A stretch of DNA of 64,000 nucleotides. It comes from a virus. The position numbers were made by a program, and so were the translations under genes. Below, one piece after another: positions 29,102-39,800 of this stretch (the stretch's first letter is position 1; each line of letters opens with the position of its first letter). The notes under the pieces are model-generated. The model was given only the letters and a program-made list of their open reading frames with translations. It made no database searches and was not told the DNA's origin. The DNA lies in the IMG/VR virus record IMGVR_UViG_3300044638_004964, positions 32,001 through 96,000 of that record; one strand, given 5' to 3'.

Positions 29102-29835
29102 AACTAACTACTCCACCAAATAAAAGTTACCAAGAAGATATCAAGATATTCCATAAAGCATTGCTAAATAAAGAAAACTTTAGTTTTTCCAAGTTCTGCG
29201 ATGGAGAATGGGCTGTTATAAAAAATCAAGCAATAAATAATAAAGAATTTTGGTTTGATCCAAACAATGCTAAAGATCAATATAAACGATCTAGTTTAAT
29301 AAACGCTTTCCAGTTTGATCACCCAAATTATTTTGTTGGAGTAACTTGCGTTAATGTATTCGGATTAGAAACTCACAAAGCAATGAAGCAAATATGCGGG
29401 CTTCCAGAATATAGATTGACATGGGCAGATATTTGGGTAAACTCAAATTATTCATTTTATCTCAGAAATATAATTCCAATTTATAGAGAAAGACAAACAG
29501 TTTTATTTTGCAATTCTCAGTCTCAAGTATCTAATTTACCATTTGAGCCAAGAGCAGTATTCAATATCTCTTATAATGCTTGGGAAAACGATTGGTCAAC
29601 AATAGAAGAAGCGAAGAAATATATTACTCAGAATAATATACAAGATCATATTTTCTTGTTTTGTTGCGGTCCTTTTGGTAATATACTATGTCATCAATTA
29701 ACACAATTTAATGATAGAAATACATATTTAGATATAGGATCGACATTAAATCCTTTATTGAAATCCGCTGGATTTGAGAGAGACTATTATATGGGCAACA
29801 ACTTTTTTTCAAACTTAATAGGAGCTTGGGAATGA
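29098..29835 (+). CDS. GT-D fold (DUF1792-like) glycosyltransferase
   Basis: FSFSKFCDGE and FCCGP...LDIGS match the S..RFGDGE / GP...DIG pattern of GT-D proteins. Confidence 0.65.
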   Translation: MKLTTPPNKSYQEDIKIFHKALLNKENFSFSKFCDGEWAVIKNQAINNKEFWFDPNNAKDQYKRSSLINAFQFDHPNYFVGVTCVNVFGLETHKAMKQICGLPEYRLTWADIWVNSNYSFYLRNIIPIYRERQTVLFCNSQSQVSNLPFEPRAVFNISYNAWENDWSTIEEAKKYITQNNIQDHIFLFCCGPFGNILCHQLTQFNDRNTYLDIGSTLNPLLKSAGFERDYYMGNNFFSNLIGAWE

Positions 29836-30317
29836 ATCTAGGAATTTATATCAATAGTCTTGATAATCATGCTCAATTAAAACATGTGGCAAAAATAATT
29901 AATAATTCACTAGGATCAGAGATTAATGATGCTAGCATATTTTTTGACGGTGTTGCTAGCGTTCCATTTAAAATAGATTGTGGGCTTTTCAATTCAACAG
30001 ATTTATGGAATTTTAATGGATGCTTAATAACAACATCTTTGGACAATGCTTTTACAGCACTTAAAATAGTCAACAATATAGAACTGTTTTATTATTATAA
30101 TTGGGGAGAGAATAAAAATATTCTTTCTTTAATCAAACTACTTAAGAATAACGTCAAGGTTATATGTAGAAACCAAGAAGATGCTGATGAATTATATAGA
30201 CTAACAGGAAAAAAATGCGTAGGAATTTCTGAAGACTTCGATAATATAGTTACTATCATAGCGGAGAATACTGATGGACGATTTAAAGATCGTGAAAATG
30301 TATGTAGATCAGCATAA
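29832..30317 (+). CDS. Hypothetical protein, possibly a degenerate GT-B N-terminal domain
   Basis: ATG at 29832 overlaps the upstream stop; alpha/beta pattern; last gene of the cluster. Confidence 0.5.
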   Translation: MNLGIYINSLDNHAQLKHVAKIINNSLGSEINDASIFFDGVASVPFKIDCGLFNSTDLWNFNGCLITTSLDNAFTALKIVNNIELFYYYNWGENKNILSLIKLLKNNVKVICRNQEDADELYRLTGKKCVGISEDFDNIVTIIAENTDGRFKDRENVCRSA

Positions 30318-31041
30318 GAGTACATACGAAATTGCTGAAGAATGCAATACTTATCCAAATAAGATAAGGCGTATTCTTTTAAAGAATGGCGTTGCGCTCA
30401 AAACTAAAAGTGAGGCGCAAAAGAATGCTATTGAGCAAGGCACAGCTATTCATCCAACTAGTGGTAAAAAAAGAACAGATACTGAAAAACTAAAAATCAG
30501 TTCTGGTCTTCAAAAATATTGGGATAATATGAGTGAAGAATTATATGACTGTAGAATTAAGCAAGCTAAAACAAGATGGCAGAATATGTCAGAAGTTGAG
30601 AAAGATAATATGCTTTCATCAGCAATTAAAGCTATTCAATTAGCTGGCAAAGAAGGATCTAAATTAGAAAAATATTTACAAGCAGAATTGGGCAATGCTG
30701 GCTATAGGATTGAGTATCATAAAAAGGGCTTGATAGTCAATGAAAATCTAGAAATCGACATGTACATCCCAGCACTCAAGACTATAATAGAGATAGACGG
30801 ACCATCCCACTTTCTTCCAATATGGGGAGAAGAAAAACTGCAAAAACAAATTAAAGCAGATTTTCATAAAACAGGCTTGATTCTAAATAAGGGCATGGTA
30901 ATTATTAGGGTTAAGAACTTGTCAGATTCTGTATGTTTGGCAAGCAAAGAAAAATTGAGGCTTGACATTCTTAAGCAGTTGAGTAAGATAGAGAAGTCGT
31001 TCCCAAGTAAATCAGAAAGGTACATTGAGATAGAAATATGA
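30274..31041 (+). CDS. Homing-type endonuclease (HTH + NUMOD3-like + Vsr/DUF559-like domain)
   Basis: STYEIAEEC...KIRRIL HTH; GKKRTDTEKLKIS; EIDMYIP...IEIDGPSHF. Confidence 0.78.
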   Translation: MDDLKIVKMYVDQHKSTYEIAEECNTYPNKIRRILLKNGVALKTKSEAQKNAIEQGTAIHPTSGKKRTDTEKLKISSGLQKYWDNMSEELYDCRIKQAKTRWQNMSEVEKDNMLSSAIKAIQLAGKEGSKLEKYLQAELGNAGYRIEYHKKGLIVNENLEIDMYIPALKTIIEIDGPSHFLPIWGEEKLQKQIKADFHKTGLILNKGMVIIRVKNLSDSVCLASKEKLRLDILKQLSKIEKSFPSKSERYIEIEI

Positions 31042-31802
31042 ATACCACACAAGATGAAGATTTGTTCGTTGGTGTCGAATTGCAAACAGCTTCCAATACT
31101 GACACATCCGTTAAGAATGTTGCTCAATCCAATATTCCATCAATGCTTTCGTCAGAATGGCATGATTACGCAATGACATTGTTTGATCCATCAGAATTGA
31201 TTGATGGTCATCCTCTAGTCGCTGGTCTAAGGCGAGTGTCAGAGCTTGTACTTGGTCCAATTGTTTTTAGCGGACCAACACAGGTCTTTCCAGTTCAAAG
31301 AGAAGATCATCATGGTCGAGCAACTGTTGTATTCTCAGTAGAATTTGCAAATGGCATGAGATATGCTGAAGTTGCTGATTCTTGGGAAGGTAATACCGAT
31401 GATATGTTCTGTGCGTTCGCGGTTGCTATCGCCAGCACAAGAGCAGAAGCTAGAGCTTTGCGAAAGGCTCTCAAGATTAAGGGTGTTGCTGCCGAAGAAC
31501 TTACTAAGAAGGATACCGCGAAGATCGTTCGTGATATCTCTAACACAAAGGCGAGTAGCGATGGAGATTATAATGAACAAAGTCGCATGAGCGATGCACA
31601 ATATAACTTCATGGATATAAAGTGTAAGCAACTCAATATTGATGGACAGAAACTATTCAAAGAATTTAATGTTGATAGTGGCAAGAAGGTATCTAAGAAA
31701 GTCGCTAGTGATATTATTGATAGACTCAATGATTACCAGCGGGACAAAAACTCAATTCCAGCATCTATAACAGGTTATAAAGAAGGGTGGCGTGACTCAT
31801 GA
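31038..31802 (+). CDS. Putative single-strand annealing protein (Rad52/Sak-like)
   Basis: ATVVFSV...AIASTRAEARALRKAL core; C-terminal SDAQ...SKKVASDIIDRL helical module typical of phage annealing proteins. Confidence 0.55.
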   Translation: MNTTQDEDLFVGVELQTASNTDTSVKNVAQSNIPSMLSSEWHDYAMTLFDPSELIDGHPLVAGLRRVSELVLGPIVFSGPTQVFPVQREDHHGRATVVFSVEFANGMRYAEVADSWEGNTDDMFCAFAVAIASTRAEARALRKALKIKGVAAEELTKKDTAKIVRDISNTKASSDGDYNEQSRMSDAQYNFMDIKCKQLNIDGQKLFKEFNVDSGKKVSKKVASDIIDRLNDYQRDKNSIPASITGYKEGWRDS

Positions 31803-32140
31803 AAATTTCATATACAACAAAGAATGGTAGAATCCAAGCAGAGTTTAATGGTGAATCAGCTAAGGATCTATTTACAGATATTAACAGATTCCAAGAAGTC
31901 TTTGAGGAAGATACTTGCGGAAAGTGTGGCAACACTGATGTAAAGTACGTTGTTCGAACTGTCGATGATAACCAGTACTACGAACTTCGCTGTGGTAGTC
32001 TTAAGTGTGCCGCTAGGCTATCTTTTGGTGTCAATAAGAAGGGTGGCGGGTTATTCCCAAAGCGCAAGGATGGCGAAGGAAAGTGGCTACCCGACAATGG
32101 TTGGGTAAAGTGGAATCCCAAGACTGAACAAGCAGAATAA
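31799..32140 (+). CDS. Zinc-ribbon hypothetical protein
   Basis: CGKC...C....C; GGGLFPKRKD..GKW. Confidence 0.65.
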   Translation: MKISYTTKNGRIQAEFNGESAKDLFTDINRFQEVFEEDTCGKCGNTDVKYVVRTVDDNQYYELRCGSLKCAARLSFGVNKKGGGLFPKRKDGEGKWLPDNGWVKWNPKTEQAE

Positions 32141-32154
32141 TATAAGGAGATATT

Positions 32155-32454
32155 ATGAAGTATATTTATGCGTCTATTATTGCTCTATTTTCAACGGTTG
32201 GATATGGGTATGAAACCTTGGTTCCACAATATTACGGTCAAACCGTTGTGGTTCAACAGGTACAGCCGGTAACACAAGTTATGGTTTATCATGCTCCATA
32301 TTTTACCGTGAGTGTTCCGGTACAGGTGGTAACTCCGGTGGCGGCTGCTCAACCGGTTCAGCAAACCTTTTATTGGGGCTATCCATATCAACCAATAGTT
32401 GTAAACAACACTTGGCAACACCATAGGTGTAGGCTGTTTAATTTCAACTATTAG
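32155..32454 (+). CDS. Small exported Val/Gln/Pro/Tyr-rich protein
   Basis: AAGGAG ribosome-binding site; MKY plus hydrophobic stretch resembling a signal peptide; low-complexity mature region. Confidence 0.65.
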   Translation: MKYIYASIIALFSTVGYGYETLVPQYYGQTVVVQQVQPVTQVMVYHAPYFTVSVPVQVVTPVAAAQPVQQTFYWGYPYQPIVVNNTWQHHRCRLFNFNY

Positions 32455-32478
32455 GCCAGCTAGCTGGTCCTATGAATG

Positions 32479-32520
32479 AAAAAAGAAATGGGGGTGGCTC
32501 AAACCACCCCCTAACTTTTA
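32479..32520. terminator. Bidirectional intrinsic terminator between the convergent arms
   Basis: Stem GGGGGTGG (32490-32497), loop CTCAAA, CCACCCCC (32504-32511); A-rich run on the left and TAACTTTT on the right. Confidence 0.85.
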
Positions 32521-32576
32521 TCTAATTAAAACAATCTCTTTAGCTTGAGATATGTTTAGTGATATTTCAACAATTA

Positions 32577-33290
32577 TCATAGATATTCAACAGTAAAATA
32601 TAGGCCGTATTGGGTTTTGCTACCAATGGTAACTGGTTCTGAACTAATAGCAGCGTACCAATCGTGTCTATCAGATTGATAAAGACTTCCTTGAGTGGTA
32701 GTATATCCTAAAGCAGTATTAGTATCACTACTATTTGTATTTTTACCACTTGGGCCGGGAGAAGGTGTGAATGTCATGTCGGACATAGCATCCGTGGGGT
32801 CGAATTCATACCAAGCTGTTGAATCTCTACCCTTGTGATTTAGATTTAATACAGTGCTTGTTGTAGCTGGATGCCTAGCCTCATAAACATACGTAACCAC
32901 CCCACTAGCATGATTTGCTATGTTGTTACGATCAAATATGCGCAATTTGCAATTTTGAACCTTTACGGGTTCTGAATGATTAAAACGAATATTTAATGGG
33001 CATAAATAATTTGGTAGAGCGTCTAAGTTGATAGCAGTGGCACTATTAACACTAACTGTTCCCTTTGTATTTACAGTTCCAATGCTGCTCATGGCAGTAT
33101 TATTTAATCTAGCCCCTTGAGCAGTTCCTAAAGCGTCAGTTACAAAGGTGGTCGTTTGTTGCTGACCAATCGGTACAGAAATGCCAAAACCATTTCCATA
33201 AAAACCAATGCCAGAACCGGCTGAATGATTAATTAATTCGCCGTCACCAGTAACGTCTTTAATATTTGCGTAAAATTTAATTTCAGCCAT
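32577..33290 (-). CDS. Putative virion structural protein
   Basis: Beta-rich, Thr/Ser/Gly-rich; AGGAG upstream; last gene of the tail arm. Confidence 0.6.
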   Translation of the reverse strand: MAEIKFYANIKDVTGDGELINHSAGSGIGFYGNGFGISVPIGQQQTTTFVTDALGTAQGARLNNTAMSSIGTVNTKGTVSVNSATAINLDALPNYLCPLNIRFNHSEPVKVQNCKLRIFDRNNIANHASGVVTYVYEARHPATTSTVLNLNHKGRDSTAWYEFDPTDAMSDMTFTPSPGPSGKNTNSSDTNTALGYTTTQGSLYQSDRHDWYAAISSEPVTIGSKTQYGLYFTVEYL

Positions 33291-33335
33291 AAAAATCTCC
33301 TATATTGTTGATTCTACGTAATATATACACGAAAA

Positions 33336-36300
33336 TTAACCTGCACTTATTTCTAAAACGACATATTGCCTATCGCCGTTAATAAATCCACCAGTTTCAT
33401 ATAAAATTGTATGCATAATATCATTATGGAAAAAATAAAATGCTTCATATTTACCATCATTGTTTTCTATTAATGTCAATTTGGTGTTAAATTGACCCTG
33501 TGCAACACTATATCCATCATCGCTACCTATGGTTAATCTGGGTATTGATTGAATTCTATCTTGAGGTGAAGAATCTAGCATTAATTTATCATATACTATG
33601 CCAGTTTCAACTTTAATTTTAGCATTTTTCCCATTCACGCTATTATCTGATTTATGTCTAACTATTGATGCAAAATCACTTGGTAAAAATCCAGCACCAT
33701 ATGTTTTATTTCCATTTGAATCTTTGAATTCGATGCTTGTAATTGCTCCAGTGCTTGATACTGATTTGACTATCGCTTTTGCTTCTTTTGCGAAAGTAAG
33801 CTCATCATTAATAGCATAGCCTTCCCCACCATTTTCTATCTCGCCTTTATTAATTCCTATTACTCTTTTGTAGTATCTAAAACCGCCACCGGTAAGAAGC
33901 TGACCTCTTCTAATTGGATTAATTCTCCACTCTAATTCTGGCCTAAGAACAGCTTTAAGATTTTCTGCTGTATTATTATCAGCACTTGTCCATCCATATC
34001 TATTAATTATAGCATCAACCGGAATAGGCTGATTGTCTATTTGAGAATCTGACGGATGCCCAGCGGTAGGAATTCTAAAATCTACTGATGTAATAGACTT
34101 GTCAACACTTTTTTCATATTTAGCAGATGATAACGACGATGTATTATATTTTGCTGGATCAGTTTTTGGATCCCAATCACCTTCATAAACTATTCCGGCA
34201 TTTTTAATATCGCTCCCAACGTTACCACCAATACCAGATGAATTAAATGGATTAAAATGAAGTATAGCAAAATATCTGGGATCATATATTGTTTGTTCAT
34301 CTGGCCACTGATCAAATATTCTTACATGAAGCGCGGTTGTTCCAAAGTCATTATAACTATCTGCAAGAGATCCCCACTGTCGAACACTCCTGTCTCGAAA
34401 AGCATTTTGACTACCACCAAGCACTATTCCACCGCCCAACGGTATAACTGAAATAGGAGTAACTTGACCTCCAGATACAGTAGTCCTTGGGGTTAGTCCA
34501 AAATATTGATTTGTTGTCAAATTAATTGTTCCACCTTTTTGTGCTGAAAATTTATTTCTAGCAGCTATAATACCAACTAAATTAGATCTTTCACTTCCAC
34601 TTGTCTCAGAAAATATAAGAGGCCCACCAAGAGGTGCGGTTCCGGGAAATTTTACATATTCACCATAATAAATTGTTTTATTGCCTTTTGATGTTACTTT
34701 GAATAAGTCTGGCCTAAGACCATCACCTTCCTCTCTAGAAAACATATCACCAAAAAGATTACCAACAGGTTTTGAAAAAGCTCGCTGTATTACTTCATTA
34801 AATTTGGGTTTTTGTCCAGCAAATTCATCGTCAGCACTTATCGCAAATTCTGCTTGCAATGGAGAAAATTGTATTACATTTGGAGAAACAGGATCTAAAG
34901 CAAATAAATTTCCACTGCTAGCAGCATTTGCTAACCATGTATATCTATTTTTATCATTTAGAAACTGAGTATAACAATCTAATAAATTTTTATTTTCAAT
35001 TTCTGCTTTTACTAAAGATTTTAAACTTTCAATGGGATAACTATATTTACCATCAAATGATCCGTTTAGTGCTACCTCTGCTGGAAGTTGACGTAGATTA
35101 TAGTCGGTATCATCCGCAAACATAAAAAGATTTTCGGATGCTATTAAATTATCTTCTGTACTTTTAGAAAAAATTTTGGTTCCATCAGATCCACGCAAAA
35201 ATTGAGCGTTGGTGGCTCCTAGTGGATAAGGTATAAAAGCTTTATTAGGTCTATTTTTAAGAGCATATACTTGTGCCGCGCTATATCCATCTGGAAATAC
35301 AGTTCCCCAGAATACTGGCATTTGCGAGTATTTCGCCTCTTCAAATTCATCAATAATAGTACTTGGAGAATGATAAACATTGGTGCGTCCAATAAGATTA
35401 GCAGAATTACTGCCACCAAGCCCATTTCCCAATTGATCAAATATAGTACTTTGAACATACTTTGTGTTTGGCACAATGTCGTATGATGATGATTCTGGTA
35501 GGGGTGCTTTTAATGCTTCTTCTTCTGATAAAGCAATGTTGATATTTAATTTTGCTATTGTATTAAGATCATTTAAATTTGACCATTTTTTAATATCTTC
35601 ATTTGTAATTGCTGGTTGAGTATTTTCATCGCCTCCAAGTTGTAACATATGTCTATAGTATTGTATTCTTCTAGAATTTTCGTATTGAGTTGGCGTAATA
35701 CTTCTTCTGTTTGATTCTCTATCATCTTTAAATAAAACGTCTGAGTTTGCAAGTAATTTTGTAAAAGACCACCTACCTACTTTTAATGTTGCGCTTTGTG
35801 GTTCTAGCGGCTGCGGCGCATCAAATCCTTGAACAATCCATTCTCCATCGATATGTGAACACATTACTATTGACCCACTTTTAAAACTTCGCAGTGAGCG
35901 ATTAACAACTCTAATTTTTTCAATTTTTTTTTCGTCGCCACACGTTATACAGTTGGGACCGAATAGATGAGGATTACCATCTTCAATAGATAGTGGCATA
36001 GCTACGCCCGTAGTAAATTCACCCATATAATTATCGCTATCGGCAAGATAGAAATTTTTATCTTCAGCAGTATCCGTTAATGCAACAGTAACATTTTTAA
36101 TGTTAGCTTTATCAATATCTGTTAATAATTTTGCTAATATTTGTTGAGTGCCAGATTCCCAAACTCCTAACGATTTATTGAAAGACATTTTTAGTGGGCC
36201 ACTGACCATATTGGTTACATTTTTATCATCATTTTCAGATGGAGATGAATAAAAACCTATATTGTTTTGTTTATCTTTTGGATTATTAGTATTCTTTGCT

Positions 36301-36896
36301 CCATATTTAGCACCAGTTGATCTTCTTGGTACACCTGTAACCAAATTGGACGCTTTGTGTGCCAACACTCTTTCTCCGGTTAGTGCGTCAGTATTATCTT
36401 TAAAATATAACCTTAGATTAATTGGAAAACTTTCACCACCAAGTATTTCATTAATAGTTGAATCTAATTGTAAATAGCCATATGAGCTATTTTGAATTTC
36501 ACGAACGCTATTGAGTGTATCTTCATCGGTATGATTTTCTTTGGTTTTTAATACCTCAAATTTATTTATCAAGTCTATCATCTTATCATTATCTATTGTT
36601 TCCTTTTCAAAAGTCTTAGAAGATAGATTAAATTTATAGTAATATCTTGATTGTATAATTCCATAAAAAGCTTGAAGAAAATCTTGTTGATTGTTATCTT
36701 TTGCGGATACGAATAAAGTTTTAAGAGTTGAATTTATACTTGTTTGTTCAATTTCTATATAATTATTTTTACAATGAGAATACAAAGAGGGTAATGTAAA
36801 TTGGGGCAATCCAATATAAATAAAATCTTGATTATCTGTTGTGAACAAATAATGCAATTTACTTGTATAGTTCAATGTTCCTGTAAAAATAGACAT
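33336..36896 (-). CDS. Large putative tail/baseplate protein
   Basis: 1186 aa in the tail operon; contains a GGEGY..ND.L...A.....V...GAITSI beta-repeat seen in phage structural proteins. Confidence 0.6.
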   Translation of the reverse strand: MSIFTGTLNYTSKLHYLFTTDNQDFIYIGLPQFTLPSLYSHCKNNYIEIEQTSINSTLKTLFVSAKDNNQQDFLQAFYGIIQSRYYYKFNLSSKTFEKETIDNDKMIDLINKFEVLKTKENHTDEDTLNSVREIQNSSYGYLQLDSTINEILGGESFPINLRLYFKDNTDALTGERVLAHKASNLVTGVPRRSTGAKYGAKNTNNPKDKQNNIGFYSSPSENDDKNVTNMVSGPLKMSFNKSLGVWESGTQQILAKLLTDIDKANIKNVTVALTDTAEDKNFYLADSDNYMGEFTTGVAMPLSIEDGNPHLFGPNCITCGDEKKIEKIRVVNRSLRSFKSGSIVMCSHIDGEWIVQGFDAPQPLEPQSATLKVGRWSFTKLLANSDVLFKDDRESNRRSITPTQYENSRRIQYYRHMLQLGGDENTQPAITNEDIKKWSNLNDLNTIAKLNINIALSEEEALKAPLPESSSYDIVPNTKYVQSTIFDQLGNGLGGSNSANLIGRTNVYHSPSTIIDEFEEAKYSQMPVFWGTVFPDGYSAAQVYALKNRPNKAFIPYPLGATNAQFLRGSDGTKIFSKSTEDNLIASENLFMFADDTDYNLRQLPAEVALNGSFDGKYSYPIESLKSLVKAEIENKNLLDCYTQFLNDKNRYTWLANAASSGNLFALDPVSPNVIQFSPLQAEFAISADDEFAGQKPKFNEVIQRAFSKPVGNLFGDMFSREEGDGLRPDLFKVTSKGNKTIYYGEYVKFPGTAPLGGPLIFSETSGSERSNLVGIIAARNKFSAQKGGTINLTTNQYFGLTPRTTVSGGQVTPISVIPLGGGIVLGGSQNAFRDRSVRQWGSLADSYNDFGTTALHVRIFDQWPDEQTIYDPRYFAILHFNPFNSSGIGGNVGSDIKNAGIVYEGDWDPKTDPAKYNTSSLSSAKYEKSVDKSITSVDFRIPTAGHPSDSQIDNQPIPVDAIINRYGWTSADNNTAENLKAVLRPELEWRINPIRRGQLLTGGGFRYYKRVIGINKGEIENGGEGYAINDELTFAKEAKAIVKSVSSTGAITSIEFKDSNGNKTYGAGFLPSDFASIVRHKSDNSVNGKNAKIKVETGIVYDKLMLDSSPQDRIQSIPRLTIGSDDGYSVAQGQFNTKLTLIENNDGKYEAFYFFHNDIMHTILYETGGFINGDRQYVVLEISAG

Positions 36897-36897
36897 G

Positions 36898-39800
36898 CTA
36901 AGTCCTCCAAATTGTTAAATTATCATTATCAAAACCGTCCTCATACATATCCTGCTTTGCGGCGAAATTGCCATCATATACACATGGCATGTTTGGATGA
37001 AATACTTCTTTTGCTGTTGCGTAGTAGTTGTCACTCATCGAACTACCAGCAGAGTTGTAGCTTGATCTTGCGAGATGAAGATTGTCTGCAAAATTAGAAG
37101 CAGTATTAGATAAACTTGAATTAGACTGTAAGGACACTTGAGTATCATAAGATGTTGATGTTATTTCGCTGCCAGTAGCCCCGTACATACCGGCGGTTCT
37201 TCCAGTGTGACCAATATTGCTTCTTGGAGTTACAGTAGCTACCATAATATTATTTTGATCATTAGGATTAAAAATATCATCCAACCCATCGTTTTTCGTC
37301 ATGTTGGCTACGCTTCCAATATTATCATATATACTTTGATAATTTGTTCTCGTGGCATTTTTACCAAGACCTTTTCTAATCAAAGAGTTTTTTTCATCTC
37401 TTAGTTTTTGTCTTTCTCTACTTATTTTACTAATATGATCTTGTTTTTGTTTTTGTAGTTTTCCAAATTTAGCTGTATATAAATCCATTTTGCATGTTGT
37501 TTTGACTCCGTTTTCAGAAACGTCTACTGATAAGTTGGTAACAAGAGGACCGCCATTCAATAATTCTTTACCAAGAGTAATACCGAAAGGTGCTGAAGGA
37601 ATAACAAAACCACCCCTTTCTGTTTGTAATAATAAGCTATTTGCAAATTCTGCTTGTAAAATTCCAGCAGCATTCATCAACTGATATCCAGAATAATTCC
37701 AAGGAGCTAAATTTTCGTCTTTTATGAAATCAACTTTACCAGCCACATTTTCATAAACTTTTGCTTGAACATCAGACTGAGAAGAAACCCAAGGACCATA
37801 ACATCTTTCTTTTGACATTAACGGCAATACAACCAAATCTGGATATACTGGAGATGGAACAGCAGCATTTATACGTTGTGGAAATGCAAAATTTAAACCA
37901 TTTTGAGCTACTTTATAAGCTGCTCTAGCCGCATCTAGTGTCATTGGATCAAATTTAAAATTTGGATCGTTTAATATATTTGGTTCATTGCCAAAATATG
38001 TTGGTTTGTCAAATCCCCTTAATCCTTTTATAACGTCTAGATGCAAAATGTGTTTTAAGGCTATGGCATTACCCTGCTGAAAAGTTGAATCTCTAAATCT
38101 AGCATCCATCGTGGGAGAAATTCTTGATGGTAATGTTATTAAGGCATAAACGTGGCTTGTGTCAAGATTTTTCGTATCAGTATCTATTATATCACTTTTT
38201 AACACATCGCTGTATACAGACTTAAATTCTAAAACCTCAACAATTTCCCCATCGGTAGTTTCTGGCACATAGTGAGATTCATAATATGAAAAACTATTTT
38301 CATAACTATTTGTTGCGCAAACGTAAATTTTATTTGGCTTAGAATATTGACCTATATCCTTGACACTTTGTCCATAAACAGACAAAGATTTTTTTTCTGT
38401 TTTTGGTATTAGATAAAAATGATCATCTAGGTCACATTTTACAAATGCTACTGTTTTTTGTGGAACTTCTTTATTGAGATCATTTGGATTTGGGAATGAT
38501 AAAAATTTATCAGTTTTTGTATTATCTAATTCATTAAGAATGTCTGGAATAAAGTTATTTTGTTCAATTTTTTGTTGAGTAAAAGAATCTGGACTTAATC
38601 CATCTAAAGATAAGTATTGACTATTATCAAATCTTACATATGCAGAAATTCTATTGCCGTCGTTTAAGAAATTCTTGATATCTTGTGGGACTAGTCCTTG
38701 ATTTACACCGAGGCTTTTATTGCCTTTGGTATTTTCATATAAATCAAAATCTATATAACCACCTTGTTTTGATGGCTCATAATTAAATTCATATTCTTCA
38801 CTTATTGGATTCCAATTTGAATATAAAGCTCCTTTAAACTGTGAGTATGCAATATTATCTTCTCTTGTTAGGAAAGATCTTATGTTATTATATGTTAACT
38901 TTCCATCAACTTCACTTTTTATCTTTCTTTTAAACTCTTCGCTATTTTCATAATATGGATCATATGTAATAGACCGTGGACGAAACCCAAATGGGCCTTT
39001 ATCATATTCATTTACCGAAGTGTCGCCATCTTTTAATTGTATATTAGGACTATAAAACAAATTAGCTTCATTTGGAATTCTAACCAAGAATTTTTTACCC
39101 AAACATTCTTCAGCGACCTGTTTAACAAAATTATAAACCCTACGAGAATTTTCACTAGTTTTTTTGGATAATCTATTTAATATTTTGAATGTTTTTCCAA
39201 GATCAGTTAATGTATTGTCTATTAATCCTATAACATCATTTGTTTTATTGCCTCCAGCTATTCTAATGCCTTCAAGCCAATCATAATATGCTTGTTCTTC
39301 TGCGCTTTGAATTCCATTAGGTCCAGTTCCATCATTTATTGCCGTCCATTGAGTATTAACAAGGTTTGAAAAATCATCAGCAGAAGCATTTTGAAGTGCT
39401 GCTAAATTTGTTAATATTGTATTGTAAGTATTCTGTATGCTGGCTAATCCTGCCGAAGCAATGCCAATTTTTGTTGCTCTTTTATAATATAAAGGATAGC
39501 CGTATGGTGGATTACAAGGACTTGATGGTAAATCATCGCTTCCAAATTTTGCTCCATCGGTATATGTATCAAACACAGATCTTGGAACAGAAACGCCATA
39601 GTTTTGAGATATACTAGGTCTTGGTATAACTCCTCCGGGAGCGCCCGCTGGAGGTGCTGGCGTTTTTCCCAAAGATGCAGTTTCTAATACGTCATCTTCT
39701 TCTGTGCTTTCCATATATACATCATTATATGTTTGTAAAAACTCTGACCATCTTTCATATGAAATCAATGATGCTCTTAGTTCCATTTCTGTTGCTACAT

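Noticed and set aside
21226-30317. Host-derived capsule/LPS island or contaminating bacterial DNA
   Set aside because: Same strand, composition, overlapping-gene style and Pro-Gly codon bias as the flanking phage genes; no transport, polymerase or mobility genes.
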